This document shows, one piece after another, positions 19,479 to 29,607 of a stretch of DNA of 49,465 bases; within the stretch, counting starts at the first letter, position 1; each line of letters opens with the position of its first letter. Source of the DNA: Saprospirales bacterium (lineage in GTDB: Bacteria > Bacteroidota > Bacteroidia > Chitinophagales > JADJOU01); NCBI GenBank assembly GCA_947441115.1, contig CANESS010000001.1:1-49465 (forward strand), in the 5' to 3' direction. Both the position numbers and the translations under genes were made by a program. The notes beneath the pieces are model-generated. The model saw nothing but the letters and a program-made list of their open reading frames with translations. It was not told the origin of the DNA and searched no databases.

Positions 19479-19865
19479 TTAGTCTAAAAAACGCGCGCGT
19501 TCTTCTTCCGTCGGCATTCTACAGCGGTCTAATCTGCCAAACCACTGCAGTCTATGAAGACTAATCCACTGATAAATATAGTCTCGAATGAACTTTGGTA
19601 TCCACTTGAAAATATAAAATATAGCCCAAATACCACCTATTGACTTGAGAATTTCTAATACAGCATCGGATTCAGTGAAAATTTCATAATTTCGATAATA
19701 GACTATGGTTTTAAGTTCATGAATGAACTCTTTAGACAGAAGTTCTACTGCAGTCTTCCCTTGTAGGGGAGCGAATTTCAACACATTGTTTTTGTCTGCC
19801 TCTATAAGCAAATTTACAAAACGATTACAAAGTCCACAGACCCCATCGAAGAAGATTAGATTCAT
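19479..19865 (-). CDS. Thiol-disulfide oxidoreductase DCC family (DUF393)
   Basis: 128 aa. N-terminal FFDGVCGLCNRFVNLL (CxxC) is characteristic of DCC1-like proteins. Confidence 0.75.
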   Translation of the reverse strand: MNLIFFDGVCGLCNRFVNLLIEADKNNVLKFAPLQGKTAVELLSKEFIHELKTIVYYRNYEIFTESDAVLEILKSIGGIWAIFYIFKWIPKFIRDYIYQWISLHRLQWFGRLDRCRMPTEEERARFLD

Positions 19866-19899
19866 GAAATTCGCACTTAAATTTAACTAATGGTCAAAA

Positions 19900-21156
19900 T
19901 TAAGAGTAAAACTCTTTAATACTTTCTGCCAAAATCCAGCAATCCTCAAATCTATTGTACATAGGTACTGGGGCTACACGGATGACGTCAGGTTCGCGCC
20001 AGTCGGTGATAATACCATGGTTTTGGAGAAACTTAAATAAGTCTTTGGGACGGTCTAATGCTATGAGCGATAGTTGACAGCCACGTTCGTTTGGTGCGGT
20101 AGGGGTAATGATCTTGATCTGAGGTATATAATGAATTAGTTGCTCTAGATAACCTGTGAGAGTTTCACTCTTATGTCTTAGTTTATCCATACCGGCTGCT
20201 TCGAATAATTCTAGCGATGCTAAATGTGCCGCCATAGAAAATATCTGTGCATTGGATTGCTGCCATCCATTAGCTCCTATAGCAGGAATGAATTCTGATT
20301 TCATTAGGAAGCGATCTTTCTCCTCATTGCCCCACCAGCCTGCAAAGCGCGGCAAGTCTGGATTGTTTCCATGCTTTTCATGCACGAAAATAGAGGCTAC
20401 CCCACCGGGACCCGAATTTAAATACTTATAACTACACCAGCAGGCGAAGTCTACATTCCAATCATGCAATTTTAAAACGATATTTCCTGCGGCGTGCGCT
20501 AGGTCATAGCCTGCTATGGCTCCGACTTGATGTACTTTTTCGGTTATCGTTTGTAAGTCAAAAAATTGTCCCGTGTAATAATTTACCCCACCGAGCATCA
20601 CGAGGGCGAGTCCATCTTTATTTTCTTCAATTTGAGCAAGAATATCTTCCGTCCGGATACAATATTCTCCATCTCTTGGGTGAAGTAAGATAATATGTTC
20701 ACTCGGATTTAGCCCATGAAAACGCACCTGCTGCTGCACTGCATAGTGGTCTGAAGGAAAGGCAGCGGCTTCCATTATTATTTTGGTTCGTTTTGTGACA
20801 GGTCTGTAAAATGAAACCATCAGTAGATTGAGATTGACAGAGAGTGTATTCATTACGGCTACTTCTGCCGTCTTGGCGCCTACTATTTTAGCAGCCTTAT
20901 CTGTCAGGAAATGATGATAGCCAAACCAATTTCTGCGAGCTAGAAAATGCCCTTCTACACCGTATTTCCCCCAGTCTTCTAATTCTTCGAGGATGTATTG
21001 CTGAGCCTTTCTGGGCTGCAGACCTAGCGAATTTCCTGTGAAATAATAGGTGTCTTTTCCGCTGTGCTGTGGGAAAATAAATTGATCTCGGTAGGACTTT
21101 AATTCGTCGGCTTGGTCGAGCGATTGGGCTAATTCTATTGTATTGTTAAAATTCAT
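19900..21156 (-). CDS. kynU: Kynureninase
   Basis: 418 aa. PLP-fold kynureninase pattern: YFTGNSLGLQP, FPSDHYA, DFACWCSYKYLNSGPG (PLP lysine context), RFAGWWG. Confidence 0.9.
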   Translation of the reverse strand: MNFNNTIELAQSLDQADELKSYRDQFIFPQHSGKDTYYFTGNSLGLQPRKAQQYILEELEDWGKYGVEGHFLARRNWFGYHHFLTDKAAKIVGAKTAEVAVMNTLSVNLNLLMVSFYRPVTKRTKIIMEAAAFPSDHYAVQQQVRFHGLNPSEHIILLHPRDGEYCIRTEDILAQIEENKDGLALVMLGGVNYYTGQFFDLQTITEKVHQVGAIAGYDLAHAAGNIVLKLHDWNVDFACWCSYKYLNSGPGGVASIFVHEKHGNNPDLPRFAGWWGNEEKDRFLMKSEFIPAIGANGWQQSNAQIFSMAAHLASLELFEAAGMDKLRHKSETLTGYLEQLIHYIPQIKIITPTAPNERGCQLSLIALDRPKDLFKFLQNHGIITDWREPDVIRVAPVPMYNRFEDCWILAESIKEFYS

Positions 21157-21233
21157 TCAAGGTTGTTTCAAAATCCAAAATTAAGAATTTTCCTGATTAG
21201 TATGAGTATAAAGTCCTATTTTTACAGACCCAA

Positions 21234-23030
21234 ATGAAGCCAATAAGGAATTTTTGTATAATAGCACACATAGATCACGGAAAATCTACCTTGGCAGACC
21301 GTTTATTGGAGTTTACCAATACGATTACGGAGCGTGAGCGGGAAGACCAGCTTCTCGATGACATGGATCTCGAGAAGGAAAGAGGAATCACGATAAAGAG
21401 TCATGCCATCCAGATGGATTATCCATTTAACGGCATAGATTATACTATAAATCTTATAGATACACCTGGTCATGTAGATTTTTCTTATGAAGTTTCTAGA
21501 TCGATAGCTTCCTGTGAAGGGGCATTGCTTCTAGTCGATGCTACGCAAGGCATTCAGGCTCAGACGATATCTAATTTATACTTAGCGCTGGAGAATGACC
21601 TAGAAATCATACCTGTAGTTAATAAAATAGATATGGATGGGGCTATGATCGAAGAGGTCAAAGACCAGATAGTTGATTTGATAGGATGTGAGAGAGATAC
21701 AATACTTGAGGCGAGTGGCCGCTCTGGTATAGGGATTGAAGGTATTCTGAAAGCTGTAATTGAAAGAATCCCAGCCCCTAAATTTACGGAAGGTGCGAAG
21801 CTTCAGGCTATGATCTTTGATTCTGTATTCAATCCGTTTAGAGGAGTGATTGCCTATTTTAGAATTTTTAATGGCACATTGCGGAAGAATGATAAAATCA
21901 GATTTTTAGCTACCCAGAAAGATTATAACGCAGACGAAATAGGTATTTTAAGGCTGAAGCCCGAGATAAAAGATTTATTAGGACCGGGGGATGTAGGTTA
22001 TATTATTACAGGTATCAAGCAAGCTAAAGAAATTAAGGTAGGCGATACCATCACACTAGCTAGTGACCCTTCTACGGAGAGTGTCAAAGGATTTGAGGAT
22101 GTAAAACCAATGGTTTTTGCGGGTATTTATCCAATAGACTCTGATGATTTTGAAGATTTGAGGGATAGTTTGGAGAAATTGCAGCTAAACGATGCCTCTT
22201 TGGTATATGAGCCAGAGACCTCGATTGCCTTAGGTTTTGGATTTCGTTGTGGTTTTCTTGGACTTTTACACCTAGAGATTGTCAGTGAGCGATTAGAACG
22301 AGAGTTTGACCAAAACATTATTGTCACCGTGCCTCAGGTGAGCTATAATTGTTATCTGAGTAAGGACAAGGATAAAGCAATGTATTTGCATAATCCAGCA
22401 GAACTGCCAGATGTTACTACTTTAGATAGAATAGAAGAGCCTTGGATAAAATCACAGATCATCACTAAACCAGAATTTATTGGTAGTTTGATGAATCTTT
22501 GTATGGAGAAACGAGGAATTTTGCAGAATCAACATTATCTAACTCCTACACGTGTCGAATTGCAATTTGAAATGCCTCTGGCAGAAATTGTATTTGACTT
22601 TTATGATAAATTGAAGTCTATTTCTAAGGGCTATGCCTCTTTTGATTATCAGTTAATAGGCTTCCGAGCAGGAGATTTAGTGAAATTAGATATTAAACTC
22701 AATGGGGAGAATGTAGATGCGTTTTCTTCTATGATTCACCGAGATAAGGCTTATGGATTCGGAAGTAGATTGTGCGAGAAATTGAAGGAGTTGATACCAA
22801 AACAGCAATTCGTTATAGCTATACAAGCTGCTATCGGTATGAAGATTATATCGAGAGAGACGATATCTGCTATGCGTAAGGATGTAACGGCAAAGTGCTA
22901 TGGTGGGGATATTTCCAGAAAGAGAAAGCTCTTAGAAAAGCAAAAGAAAGGAAAGAAAAAGATGCGTCAATTTGGCAAGGTAGAGGTGCCACAGGAAGCA
23001 TTTCTAGCTGTACTGAAATTGAATGATTAA
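21234..23030 (+). CDS. lepA: Translation elongation factor 4 (LepA)
   Basis: 598 aa with [28 protein letters not shown] and NKID G-motifs, plus the LepA-specific C-terminus ([24 protein letters not shown]). Confidence 0.96.
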   Translation: MKPIRNFCIIAHIDHGKSTLADRLLEFTNTITEREREDQLLDDMDLEKERGITIKSHAIQMDYPFNGIDYTINLIDTPGHVDFSYEVSRSIASCEGALLLVDATQGIQAQTISNLYLALENDLEIIPVVNKIDMDGAMIEEVKDQIVDLIGCERDTILEASGRSGIGIEGILKAVIERIPAPKFTEGAKLQAMIFDSVFNPFRGVIAYFRIFNGTLRKNDKIRFLATQKDYNADEIGILRLKPEIKDLLGPGDVGYIITGIKQAKEIKVGDTITLASDPSTESVKGFEDVKPMVFAGIYPIDSDDFEDLRDSLEKLQLNDASLVYEPETSIALGFGFRCGFLGLLHLEIVSERLEREFDQNIIVTVPQVSYNCYLSKDKDKAMYLHNPAELPDVTTLDRIEEPWIKSQIITKPEFIGSLMNLCMEKRGILQNQHYLTPTRVELQFEMPLAEIVFDFYDKLKSISKGYASFDYQLIGFRAGDLVKLDIKLNGENVDAFSSMIHRDKAYGFGSRLCEKLKELIPKQQFVIAIQAAIGMKIISRETISAMRKDVTAKCYGGDISRKRKLLEKQKKGKKKMRQFGKVEVPQEAFLAVLKLND

Positions 23031-23146
23031 TGAAAAAGTGAAAAGTAAATAAGGAAATAACACTTTTGCATTTTACAACTACTAGTCAAAAAGAAACATT
23101 TTAATTAAAAAAATCAACTAACTCCTAAAGGCGAACAACTAAAATT

Positions 23147-23707
23147 ATGTCAGATATTAATAGTATAATAGACGAAGCAAAATCGAAGTTTAATAAATCA
23201 TTAGAGCACCTAGAAGAAGAAATGATGAAAATCAGGGCAGGCAAGGCTAATCCATCTATGCTCAATGGAATCATGGTAGATGCTTATGGCTCTATGGCTC
23301 CGTTATCAGGCGTATGCAGTATCACTACCCCAGATGCTAGAATGCTTGTATTGCAGCCATGGGATAAAGGTCAGATTTCAGCTATTGAGAAAGCTATTAT
23401 GCAAGCTAATATTGGTCTAAATCCTCAGAATGATGGGCAGATTATCCGAATTTCTGTGCCGCCGTTAACCGAAGAGCGAAGAAAAGATCTCGTAAAGCAG
23501 TCTAAATCTGAAATGGAAAAATCGAAAATAGCCATACGCAACATTAGAAGAGATGCTAATGAGGATATCAAGGCATTAAAAAAAGATGGAGTATCTGAAG
23601 ATATGATTAAAAGTGGCGAAGATAGAATGCAAAAAATAACAGACGAGTTTATCCTGAAGGTAGATAAGATGCTAGAAGCTAAGGAAAAAGAAATCATGAC
23701 GGTATAG
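23147..23707 (+). CDS. frr: Ribosome recycling factor
   Basis: 186 aa with the RRF pattern IRAGKANPSMLNGIMVDAYG, PPLTEERRKDLVK and IRNIRRDAN. Confidence 0.95.
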   Translation: MSDINSIIDEAKSKFNKSLEHLEEEMMKIRAGKANPSMLNGIMVDAYGSMAPLSGVCSITTPDARMLVLQPWDKGQISAIEKAIMQANIGLNPQNDGQIIRISVPPLTEERRKDLVKQSKSEMEKSKIAIRNIRRDANEDIKALKKDGVSEDMIKSGEDRMQKITDEFILKVDKMLEAKEKEIMTV

Positions 23708-23781
23708 CATTAACCGCCATAGATATTCCAGGAGTGACGTATTTTTACATCAAATGCTTTATAACCAAAAATTTTTCAATA

Positions 23782-24369
23782 ATGAATAACACAATCAACA
23801 ATGTAGTTTTAGGAATCATAGGCTTAGCAGTAGCTATTCTATATTTTTTGCACTTTAAATCGACTTCACCTACCGTCAATCTAAATCCCAATAGCAAAGA
23901 TATAGTCGCTGCTGCAGGCAGCAGAGTTGCCTTTGTCAATATAGATTCATTTTTTGTAAAGTACGAAGATTTTAAGAAATTTAAAAGTGAGATGGAGGCT
24001 TCTCAGAAAGCTGGCCAGAAGCAACTGGAGTCGAAAGCCGCTTCTATGCAGGCTGATTACGGTAAATTTATGCAGCAAGCTCAAAGTGGGCAGTTGACAC
24101 AACAACAGGCTCAATCTCAAGAAAAATCCTTTATGGCTCGAAAGGATGCGCTCATGTCTGAAGAGCAGCAGATGGCAAAGAACTTGGCAGACAAGACAAA
24201 CAATGCCACTAAGGATTTGTATAAAAAAGTAGATGTCTATTTCGCTAAAAATAAATCTAAATACAATTGTGACTATGTCATGGGTTATCAGACTAATGGA
24301 ATGCTGCTTTACTTTGATAAAAAAATGGACATCACTAGTCAGCTAGTAGAAGATCTTAATAAGAAGTAA
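23782..24369 (+). CDS. OmpH/Skp-family periplasmic chaperone
   Basis: An N-terminal hydrophobic segment is followed by a Q/K/E-rich coiled-coil core (QKQLESKAASMQADYGKFMQQAQSG). The start was chosen at the ATG at 23782 (MNNTINNVVLGIIGLAVA) rather than the track start at 23734. Confidence 0.65.
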   Translation: MNNTINNVVLGIIGLAVAILYFLHFKSTSPTVNLNPNSKDIVAAAGSRVAFVNIDSFFVKYEDFKKFKSEMEASQKAGQKQLESKAASMQADYGKFMQQAQSGQLTQQQAQSQEKSFMARKDALMSEEQQMAKNLADKTNNATKDLYKKVDVYFAKNKSKYNCDYVMGYQTNGMLLYFDKKMDITSQLVEDLNKK

Positions 24370-24390
24370 ATCATATACTAGCTAGGAGGT

Positions 24391-25350
24391 ATGTTTAATT
24401 TGTTTGAAAAAGAGTCAATAATTGCATACCTAATTTATTCCACTCTCATACTCTTATTGGGTATAAAGGTTTTTAGTACAGGTGTTTTAGATATGAACTA
24501 TAAAAGTTCCTATTTTTTGACTTCTATAATAAATATAAGCACGTGGAATCCTTTTTTGATTAGAGGGTCAATCTTTCTGGTCATTTTGTTGTCGTTTTTT
24601 ATTCTGTCTCTAATATATGTGGATTTCAGCTATCATACCAAAGCATGGCTTGTTTTTCAATTTGTTATTTGTTGTCAATTTCTAGCTGCTTTCATATTCC
24701 CGCTTTCTATAGAGCAGGTGCTATGTGTATTTGTATTTATCCTAATGTCATTATTGCTTGTCCGTGCCGACAAAAAAAAGGAAACTGTAGAAACTTTTTA
24801 TAATTTAGGATTTCTTTTTGCATTTTCTATTTTGCTTTCTTTTAGTATGCTTTTTTATCTTATTCCTCTATCATTTGCCATTTTTATCTATAGCAAGAAT
24901 GGAGCTCGGGATCTTTTAGCTTTGATTTTAGGAGTGGTCACACCTATTTGTATGTTTGTCAGTTATTTTATCTTGACCGATCATTCTAGTGTTTCTCTAG
25001 AAATTTATGCTATGGTCAAATTAATTCATTATGACTTAGCGAAAAATTGGGAATGGTTGATTGCAGGAATCTGTCTTTTGTCTATGGTGATTACATTTCC
25101 ATCGATAGGATCATTTACGATTCATACTCGAAAGTTTTATACCTATTTGTTTTTGTGCGCTCTAACCATCATTCCGATATACTCCCTATTGAGTATTACG
25201 GAAACTAAGATGAACCTAATGGTTACACTGATTGCTAGTTTCTATATACTGCCATTTATATTTCAAACTAGAAGTTATAGAATAAAGAGTTTTCTATTGT
25301 TTTTCGGGCTAATTATCTCAATATTTGCTACATTTGTTCAGTTTAAATAA
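24391..25350 (+). CDS. Polytopic integral membrane protein, unknown function
   Basis: 319 aa, made almost entirely of hydrophobic helices (roughly 8-9). No catalytic motif recognised. Confidence 0.5.
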   Translation: MFNLFEKESIIAYLIYSTLILLLGIKVFSTGVLDMNYKSSYFLTSIINISTWNPFLIRGSIFLVILLSFFILSLIYVDFSYHTKAWLVFQFVICCQFLAAFIFPLSIEQVLCVFVFILMSLLLVRADKKKETVETFYNLGFLFAFSILLSFSMLFYLIPLSFAIFIYSKNGARDLLALILGVVTPICMFVSYFILTDHSSVSLEIYAMVKLIHYDLAKNWEWLIAGICLLSMVITFPSIGSFTIHTRKFYTYLFLCALTIIPIYSLLSITETKMNLMVTLIASFYILPFIFQTRSYRIKSFLLFFGLIISIFATFVQFK

Positions 25351-25355
25351 TCAAT

Positions 25356-26009
25356 ATGTTAACGAAGGAGCAAATAGCTCAGCGAATAGCTCGAGAATTA
25401 AAAGATGGAATGTATGTGAATTTAGGTATTGGCATTCCAACTCTTGTAGCTAATTATATACCTAGCGATATAGAAGTAGTGCTCCAAAGCGAAAATGGTT
25501 TGTTGGGCATGGGCCCCTTTCCCTTCGAAGGAGAAGAGGATGCTGATCTTATCAATGCAGGTAAACAAACTATAACTACATTGCCTGGATCTTCTATCTT
25601 CGATAGTGCAGCAAGTTTTGGCATGATTCGAGCTCAAAAGGTAGATTTGACTGTACTGGGAGCCATGGAAGTTTCTGAAAGCGGTGATATAGCTAATTGG
25701 AAAATACCTGGAAAAATGGTAAAAGGAATGGGTGGAGCTATGGATTTAGTGGCTAGTGCGAAAAATATCATAGTGGCCATGCAGCATTGCTCTAGAGATG
25801 GCAAATCAAAATTGCTCAAGAATTGCAGTCTGCCGCTCACTGGAATTAGATGTGTAACCAAAATTGTTTCTGATCTAGCGGTTTTAGATGTCACTCCTCA
25901 AGGTTTTGTTCTTTTAGAGAGAGCACCAGAAGTGAGTACAGAACACATTCAATCTGTTACAGAAGGTAAATTGATCATAAATGGAGAAATTCCGGAGATA
26001 AAATTTTAG
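25356..26009 (+). CDS. scoB: 3-oxoacid CoA-transferase, subunit B
   Basis: 217 aa with YVNLGIGIPTLV and the SENGLLGMGP active-site Glu context typical of family I CoA-transferase beta subunits. No A subunit lies anywhere in the window. Confidence 0.88.
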   Translation: MLTKEQIAQRIARELKDGMYVNLGIGIPTLVANYIPSDIEVVLQSENGLLGMGPFPFEGEEDADLINAGKQTITTLPGSSIFDSAASFGMIRAQKVDLTVLGAMEVSESGDIANWKIPGKMVKGMGGAMDLVASAKNIIVAMQHCSRDGKSKLLKNCSLPLTGIRCVTKIVSDLAVLDVTPQGFVLLERAPEVSTEHIQSVTEGKLIINGEIPEIKF

Positions 26010-26015
26010 TAGCGA

Positions 26016-27002
26016 ATGATAATTTCTAAAACTCCAGTTAGAATAAGTTTTTTTGGTGGAGGTACCGACTATCCTGAGTATTTTAATGAGTATGGTGGCT
26101 GTGTGCTGAGTACGACTATAGATAAGTATGTTTATATCACTATAAATAAAATTGGGGGTCTTCTCGATGATAAGTATAGAATAGCCTATAAGAAAATTGA
26201 ATTGTGCAATAGTATTTCAGAAATAGAGCACCCTTCTGTTCGTGAAACTCTGCGTTATTTAAACATTATAGACGGTCTAGATATTAATATTTTCAGTGAT
26301 TTGCCAGCGCGCACTGGATTAGGCAGCAGTAGCAGCTTTACGGTAGGCCTTCTAAACGCTTTGTATGCCTATGAAGGGAAAGTTAAATCAAAGTTGGACT
26401 ATGCTAAAGAGGCTATTTATATAGAAAAAGAAATCTTGAATGAAAATGTAGGGGTGCAAGATCAGTTGGCGGCTGCATACGGCGGTTTGAACTATATGAA
26501 ACTGAGCAGTTCTGGATATGAGGTGAATCCCATAATACTATCTAAAGAACGAAAACTCGCATTGGATAGTACTTTGTTACTTTACTATACAGGAATTAAT
26601 AGATTTGCCACAGAAGTGCTCAAAGAGCAGATAGAGAAGACCAAAGAAAAGAAAGTAATGGTAGAATTGAAAGATATATATGATATGGTGCAGGACGGTA
26701 TTAAAATACTTTCTGATGACTCCATTCCACTTTCAGATTTTGGAAATCTACTTGACAAAACATGGCAGGCCAAGAAGAAACTTTCATCAGCCATTTCTAA
26801 CGGACCTATAGATGAAATGTATGAAATTGCGATTAAAAGTGGAGCACTTGGAGGCAAATTATTAGGTGCTGGTGGAGGTGGGTTTTTTCTCTTTTATGTA
26901 AATAAAGAGAATCAAGAGCCATTTAGAGAAAAAATGGGAAATTTTATAGAGATTCCATTTAGTTTTGAGGAAGAAGGAAGTAGGATAATACATTTGAGTT
27001 AA
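26016..27002 (+). CDS. GHMP-family sugar kinase (HddA-like, D-glycero-D-manno-heptose 7-phosphate kinase type)
   Basis: 328 aa. N-terminal PVRISFFGGGTDYPEY, GHMP motif II LPARTGLGSSSSF and motif III KLLGAGGGGFFLFY. Confidence 0.75.
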   Translation: MIISKTPVRISFFGGGTDYPEYFNEYGGCVLSTTIDKYVYITINKIGGLLDDKYRIAYKKIELCNSISEIEHPSVRETLRYLNIIDGLDINIFSDLPARTGLGSSSSFTVGLLNALYAYEGKVKSKLDYAKEAIYIEKEILNENVGVQDQLAAAYGGLNYMKLSSSGYEVNPIILSKERKLALDSTLLLYYTGINRFATEVLKEQIEKTKEKKVMVELKDIYDMVQDGIKILSDDSIPLSDFGNLLDKTWQAKKKLSSAISNGPIDEMYEIAIKSGALGGKLLGAGGGGFFLFYVNKENQEPFREKMGNFIEIPFSFEEEGSRIIHLS

Positions 27003-27018
27003 TAGAAAAATATAAACT

Positions 27019-27774
27019 TTGAATTTATTTAAGAAAAAGCTTTACTACCTACTTTTCACCCTTAAAAAATATGGGCTTTTTTATGGCTTTTATAAATGGA
27101 TTGAAATTGAATTATTTAATTCAATCAAGTTTAATTTAAGAGGTATGAAACATCCTATTTTTCTAAGAAGGGAGACTACAGATAAGTATGCCTTTAGACA
27201 TATTTTTTTATTGAATGAATACGAGCAGATTGAAATTGAAAATGCCAATTGGGTTATAGATGCAGGATCTAATATTGGGTTGTTTTCTGTTTATATAAAA
27301 AATAGGATGCCAAATTGTAAAATCATTGCGTTGGAACCCGAAAAATCTAATTATGAACAGTGTAAATTAAACTTAGATCCTTATCCAGGTATATATATAG
27401 AGAATAAAGGATTGTGGAAGAAAGATTGCAAGCTCAACATTATTGAGAAATTAGAATTAGGAAAATGGGGAACTCAAGTAGAAGAATCAGAAAATGGTGA
27501 GATAGAAGCAGTAACCATTTCTGCATTAATAAGGAAATACAATATTGAAAAAATTGATTTATTGAAAATCGATATTGAGACTAGCGAAAAATACATATTT
27601 GAAGGTGATATCGAATGGTTAACCAAGGTAAAACTATTGATTATAGAGTTTCATGACAGATTGTTGCCAGGCACAGCTAGGCCATTTTTTGTAGCGCTAA
27701 ATAAAAGTATAGAGAATTATAATATGTTCAACATTGGAGATAATATATTGGTCGAAAATTTAGATATAAAATAG
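27019..27774 (+). CDS. FkbM-family methyltransferase
   Basis: VIDAGSNIGLFSVY (SAM-binding glycine motif) and LLKIDIETSEKYIF are typical of FkbM-type enzymes. The start is ambiguous: TTG at 27019, or the first in-frame ATG at 27145, which is preceded by AAGAGG. Confidence 0.75.
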   Translation: MNLFKKKLYYLLFTLKKYGLFYGFYKWIEIELFNSIKFNLRGMKHPIFLRRETTDKYAFRHIFLLNEYEQIEIENANWVIDAGSNIGLFSVYIKNRMPNCKIIALEPEKSNYEQCKLNLDPYPGIYIENKGLWKKDCKLNIIEKLELGKWGTQVEESENGEIEAVTISALIRKYNIEKIDLLKIDIETSEKYIFEGDIEWLTKVKLLIIEFHDRLLPGTARPFFVALNKSIENYNMFNIGDNILVENLDIK

Positions 27775-27775
27775 A

Positions 27776-28717
27776 ATGAGCTCGCCTGATATAAAGGTTA
27801 TTTTTTTGTTATCATATGATTACGAATATATAAAAAACTCCCTACCATGTATATATGTAGAGGCTACTAAAATTCTAGTTTCCATAGATGTAAATCGAGT
27901 AAGCTGGGCGGGAAATAAATATAAATTCGATGAAACAATAATTGAATGGATAAAGGAATATGATTCAGAAAGTAAAATTCAGTTTTTTGAAGACAACTTT
28001 TATATGCCTGAAAATACACCAATGCAAAATGAAACTCGTCAGCGACAATTATCTGCAGACTATCTAGGGAAAGGCGGCTGGACTATTCAGCTTGATGTTG
28101 ATGAATATTTTATCGATTTTGACAAATTTGTAAAATTGCTAATTTCAAAAAATAAATATTTAGTTAATCCCGAGAAATATCCTATAGCAATAGCTGTTAA
28201 TTGGTTAACATTGTTTAAAAAAGATTTAAATGGTTATTTTTTTATTGATCGAACTAAGACTGTTTTGAAAATTGCAACGAATAATCCAGAATATCAATAT
28301 GCGAGAAATTTGTTTTATAAAACCTACTACACACGGTTCATATTAATACACCAATCATGGGCCAGAGAAGAAAAAGAGATAGTCTTGAAAGTCAATAATT
28401 GGGGTCATAAAGGGGATATAATTAAGCCTGATGAATATATTGAATTTTGGAAGAGTATTAATATCAATAATTATAAATCTGTGTTAAATTTTTCGCCATT
28501 TAACCCCAAGTCAGATTTCCCTTGCCTAGGTTATATTAAATGCAAAACCATACCTGAATTAATTAAAAATTTCAATAATATTCCTTTTAAATTGGATAGA
28601 CCTTATTTAGCAAAAAAAAATTTAATACAATCATTACTGTGTTTTGACTTTTTGAAAGCTATTCATAAGTATTATGTAAAATTATTATCAGCTAACTCAT
28701 ATAATAGTTCAAAATAA
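27776..28717 (+). CDS. Uncharacterised protein, possibly a GT-A-fold glycosyltransferase
   Basis: 313 aa. The only recognisable element is NETRQRQLSADYLGKGGWTIQLDVDEYF, which resembles the acidic DxD(E) metal/nucleotide-sugar motif region of GT2/GT92-like enzymes. No TM segment. It is embedded in the glycan locus with a 1-nt gap upstream and a 4-nt gap downstream. Confidence 0.35.
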   Translation: MSSPDIKVIFLLSYDYEYIKNSLPCIYVEATKILVSIDVNRVSWAGNKYKFDETIIEWIKEYDSESKIQFFEDNFYMPENTPMQNETRQRQLSADYLGKGGWTIQLDVDEYFIDFDKFVKLLISKNKYLVNPEKYPIAIAVNWLTLFKKDLNGYFFIDRTKTVLKIATNNPEYQYARNLFYKTYYTRFILIHQSWAREEKEIVLKVNNWGHKGDIIKPDEYIEFWKSININNYKSVLNFSPFNPKSDFPCLGYIKCKTIPELIKNFNNIPFKLDRPYLAKKNLIQSLLCFDFLKAIHKYYVKLLSANSYNSSK

Positions 28718-28721
28718 TTTA

Positions 28722-29603
28722 ATGTATATACGAAATATCCTCAATTGTCTCGTCTGTAATGATACAGATTTCGATCTATATCTTGAAAATATTAATCATA
28801 CTTGTGGTATTTTAAAAACACTCAATATTAATGAAAAAATAGATTCAAATATTTATAAGTGTAAAAATTGCAGTCATTTATTTTTAAGCCCAGTGCTAAA
28901 GGATGAATTAATTGCTAATTATTACAATGACATTAGTTCTGAGTACTTTAATAATGCGCCTATTCATTCAAGAATAAATGAGGATAAAAATTTTTTAAAT
29001 AGAATACAAAAAATTAAACAGAAAGGGAAAGTTCTAGAAATAGGATGTGGTAATGGATTTTTTCTAAAATTATTTAAAGATTATGGTTATGATTGCACCG
29101 GTATTGAACCATCTCCAAAAGCATTTAATTATGCAAAAGAATATAATGCGTTAAATGTAATTAATGGTTTCTTAGAAGAAAATACTTTTGAAAAAGAAAG
29201 CTTCGATATTATTTTATTAATGGACGTTATCGAACATTTATATTCTCCAAATGATATTATTAAGCTTTGCAATAATATATTAAAAGCGGGAGGAATTCTA
29301 GTTATATTAACTGGCAATATAAATAGCTTGAATGCACGTTTTTGGGGTAGCAAATGGTATTATTTTTATTCTTGGGAGCATATCTCATTTTTTAATAAGA
29401 CTTCAATTAGTAAGTTACTAAATATTCAAAATTTTAAAATATTACAATACAATAGTATTTCTCATACTGGAGGATTGATATATAATATTATCAGATTTAG
29501 CATACTAAATCCTTTAATGTATGTCTATAATTTTTGGATAAAAGGAAAATATAAGCATATCAGTTTGACTTTTGACCATATATTAGTAATTGCAGAAAAA
29601 TAA
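28722..29603 (+). CDS. Class I SAM-dependent methyltransferase with an N-terminal 4-Cys zinc ribbon
   Basis: 293 aa. CLVC ... CKNC pairs in the first 50 residues. SAM motif I VLEIGCGNGFF and the post-I/II region ILLMDVIEHL. Confidence 0.75.
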   Translation: MYIRNILNCLVCNDTDFDLYLENINHTCGILKTLNINEKIDSNIYKCKNCSHLFLSPVLKDELIANYYNDISSEYFNNAPIHSRINEDKNFLNRIQKIKQKGKVLEIGCGNGFFLKLFKDYGYDCTGIEPSPKAFNYAKEYNALNVINGFLEENTFEKESFDIILLMDVIEHLYSPNDIIKLCNNILKAGGILVILTGNINSLNARFWGSKWYYFYSWEHISFFNKTSISKLLNIQNFKILQYNSISHTGGLIYNIIRFSILNPLMYVYNFWIKGKYKHISLTFDHILVIAEK

Positions 29604-29607
29604 ATCA

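Noticed and set aside
23031-23146. A possible terminator after lepA (AAAAGTG ... CACTTTT).
   Set aside because: It has only a 7-bp A/T-rich stem with a loop of about 21 nt and no clear downstream T-tract. That is too weak to call.
25422-25894. Two antisense ORFs (71 and 86 aa) within scoB. Similar antisense ORFs occur within sppA, the mutase, kynU, lepA, frr, YfhO, amn, glmM, the PBP and glmS.
   Set aside because: All lie entirely inside confidently identified genes on the opposite strand or in another frame, and none has a recognisable motif.
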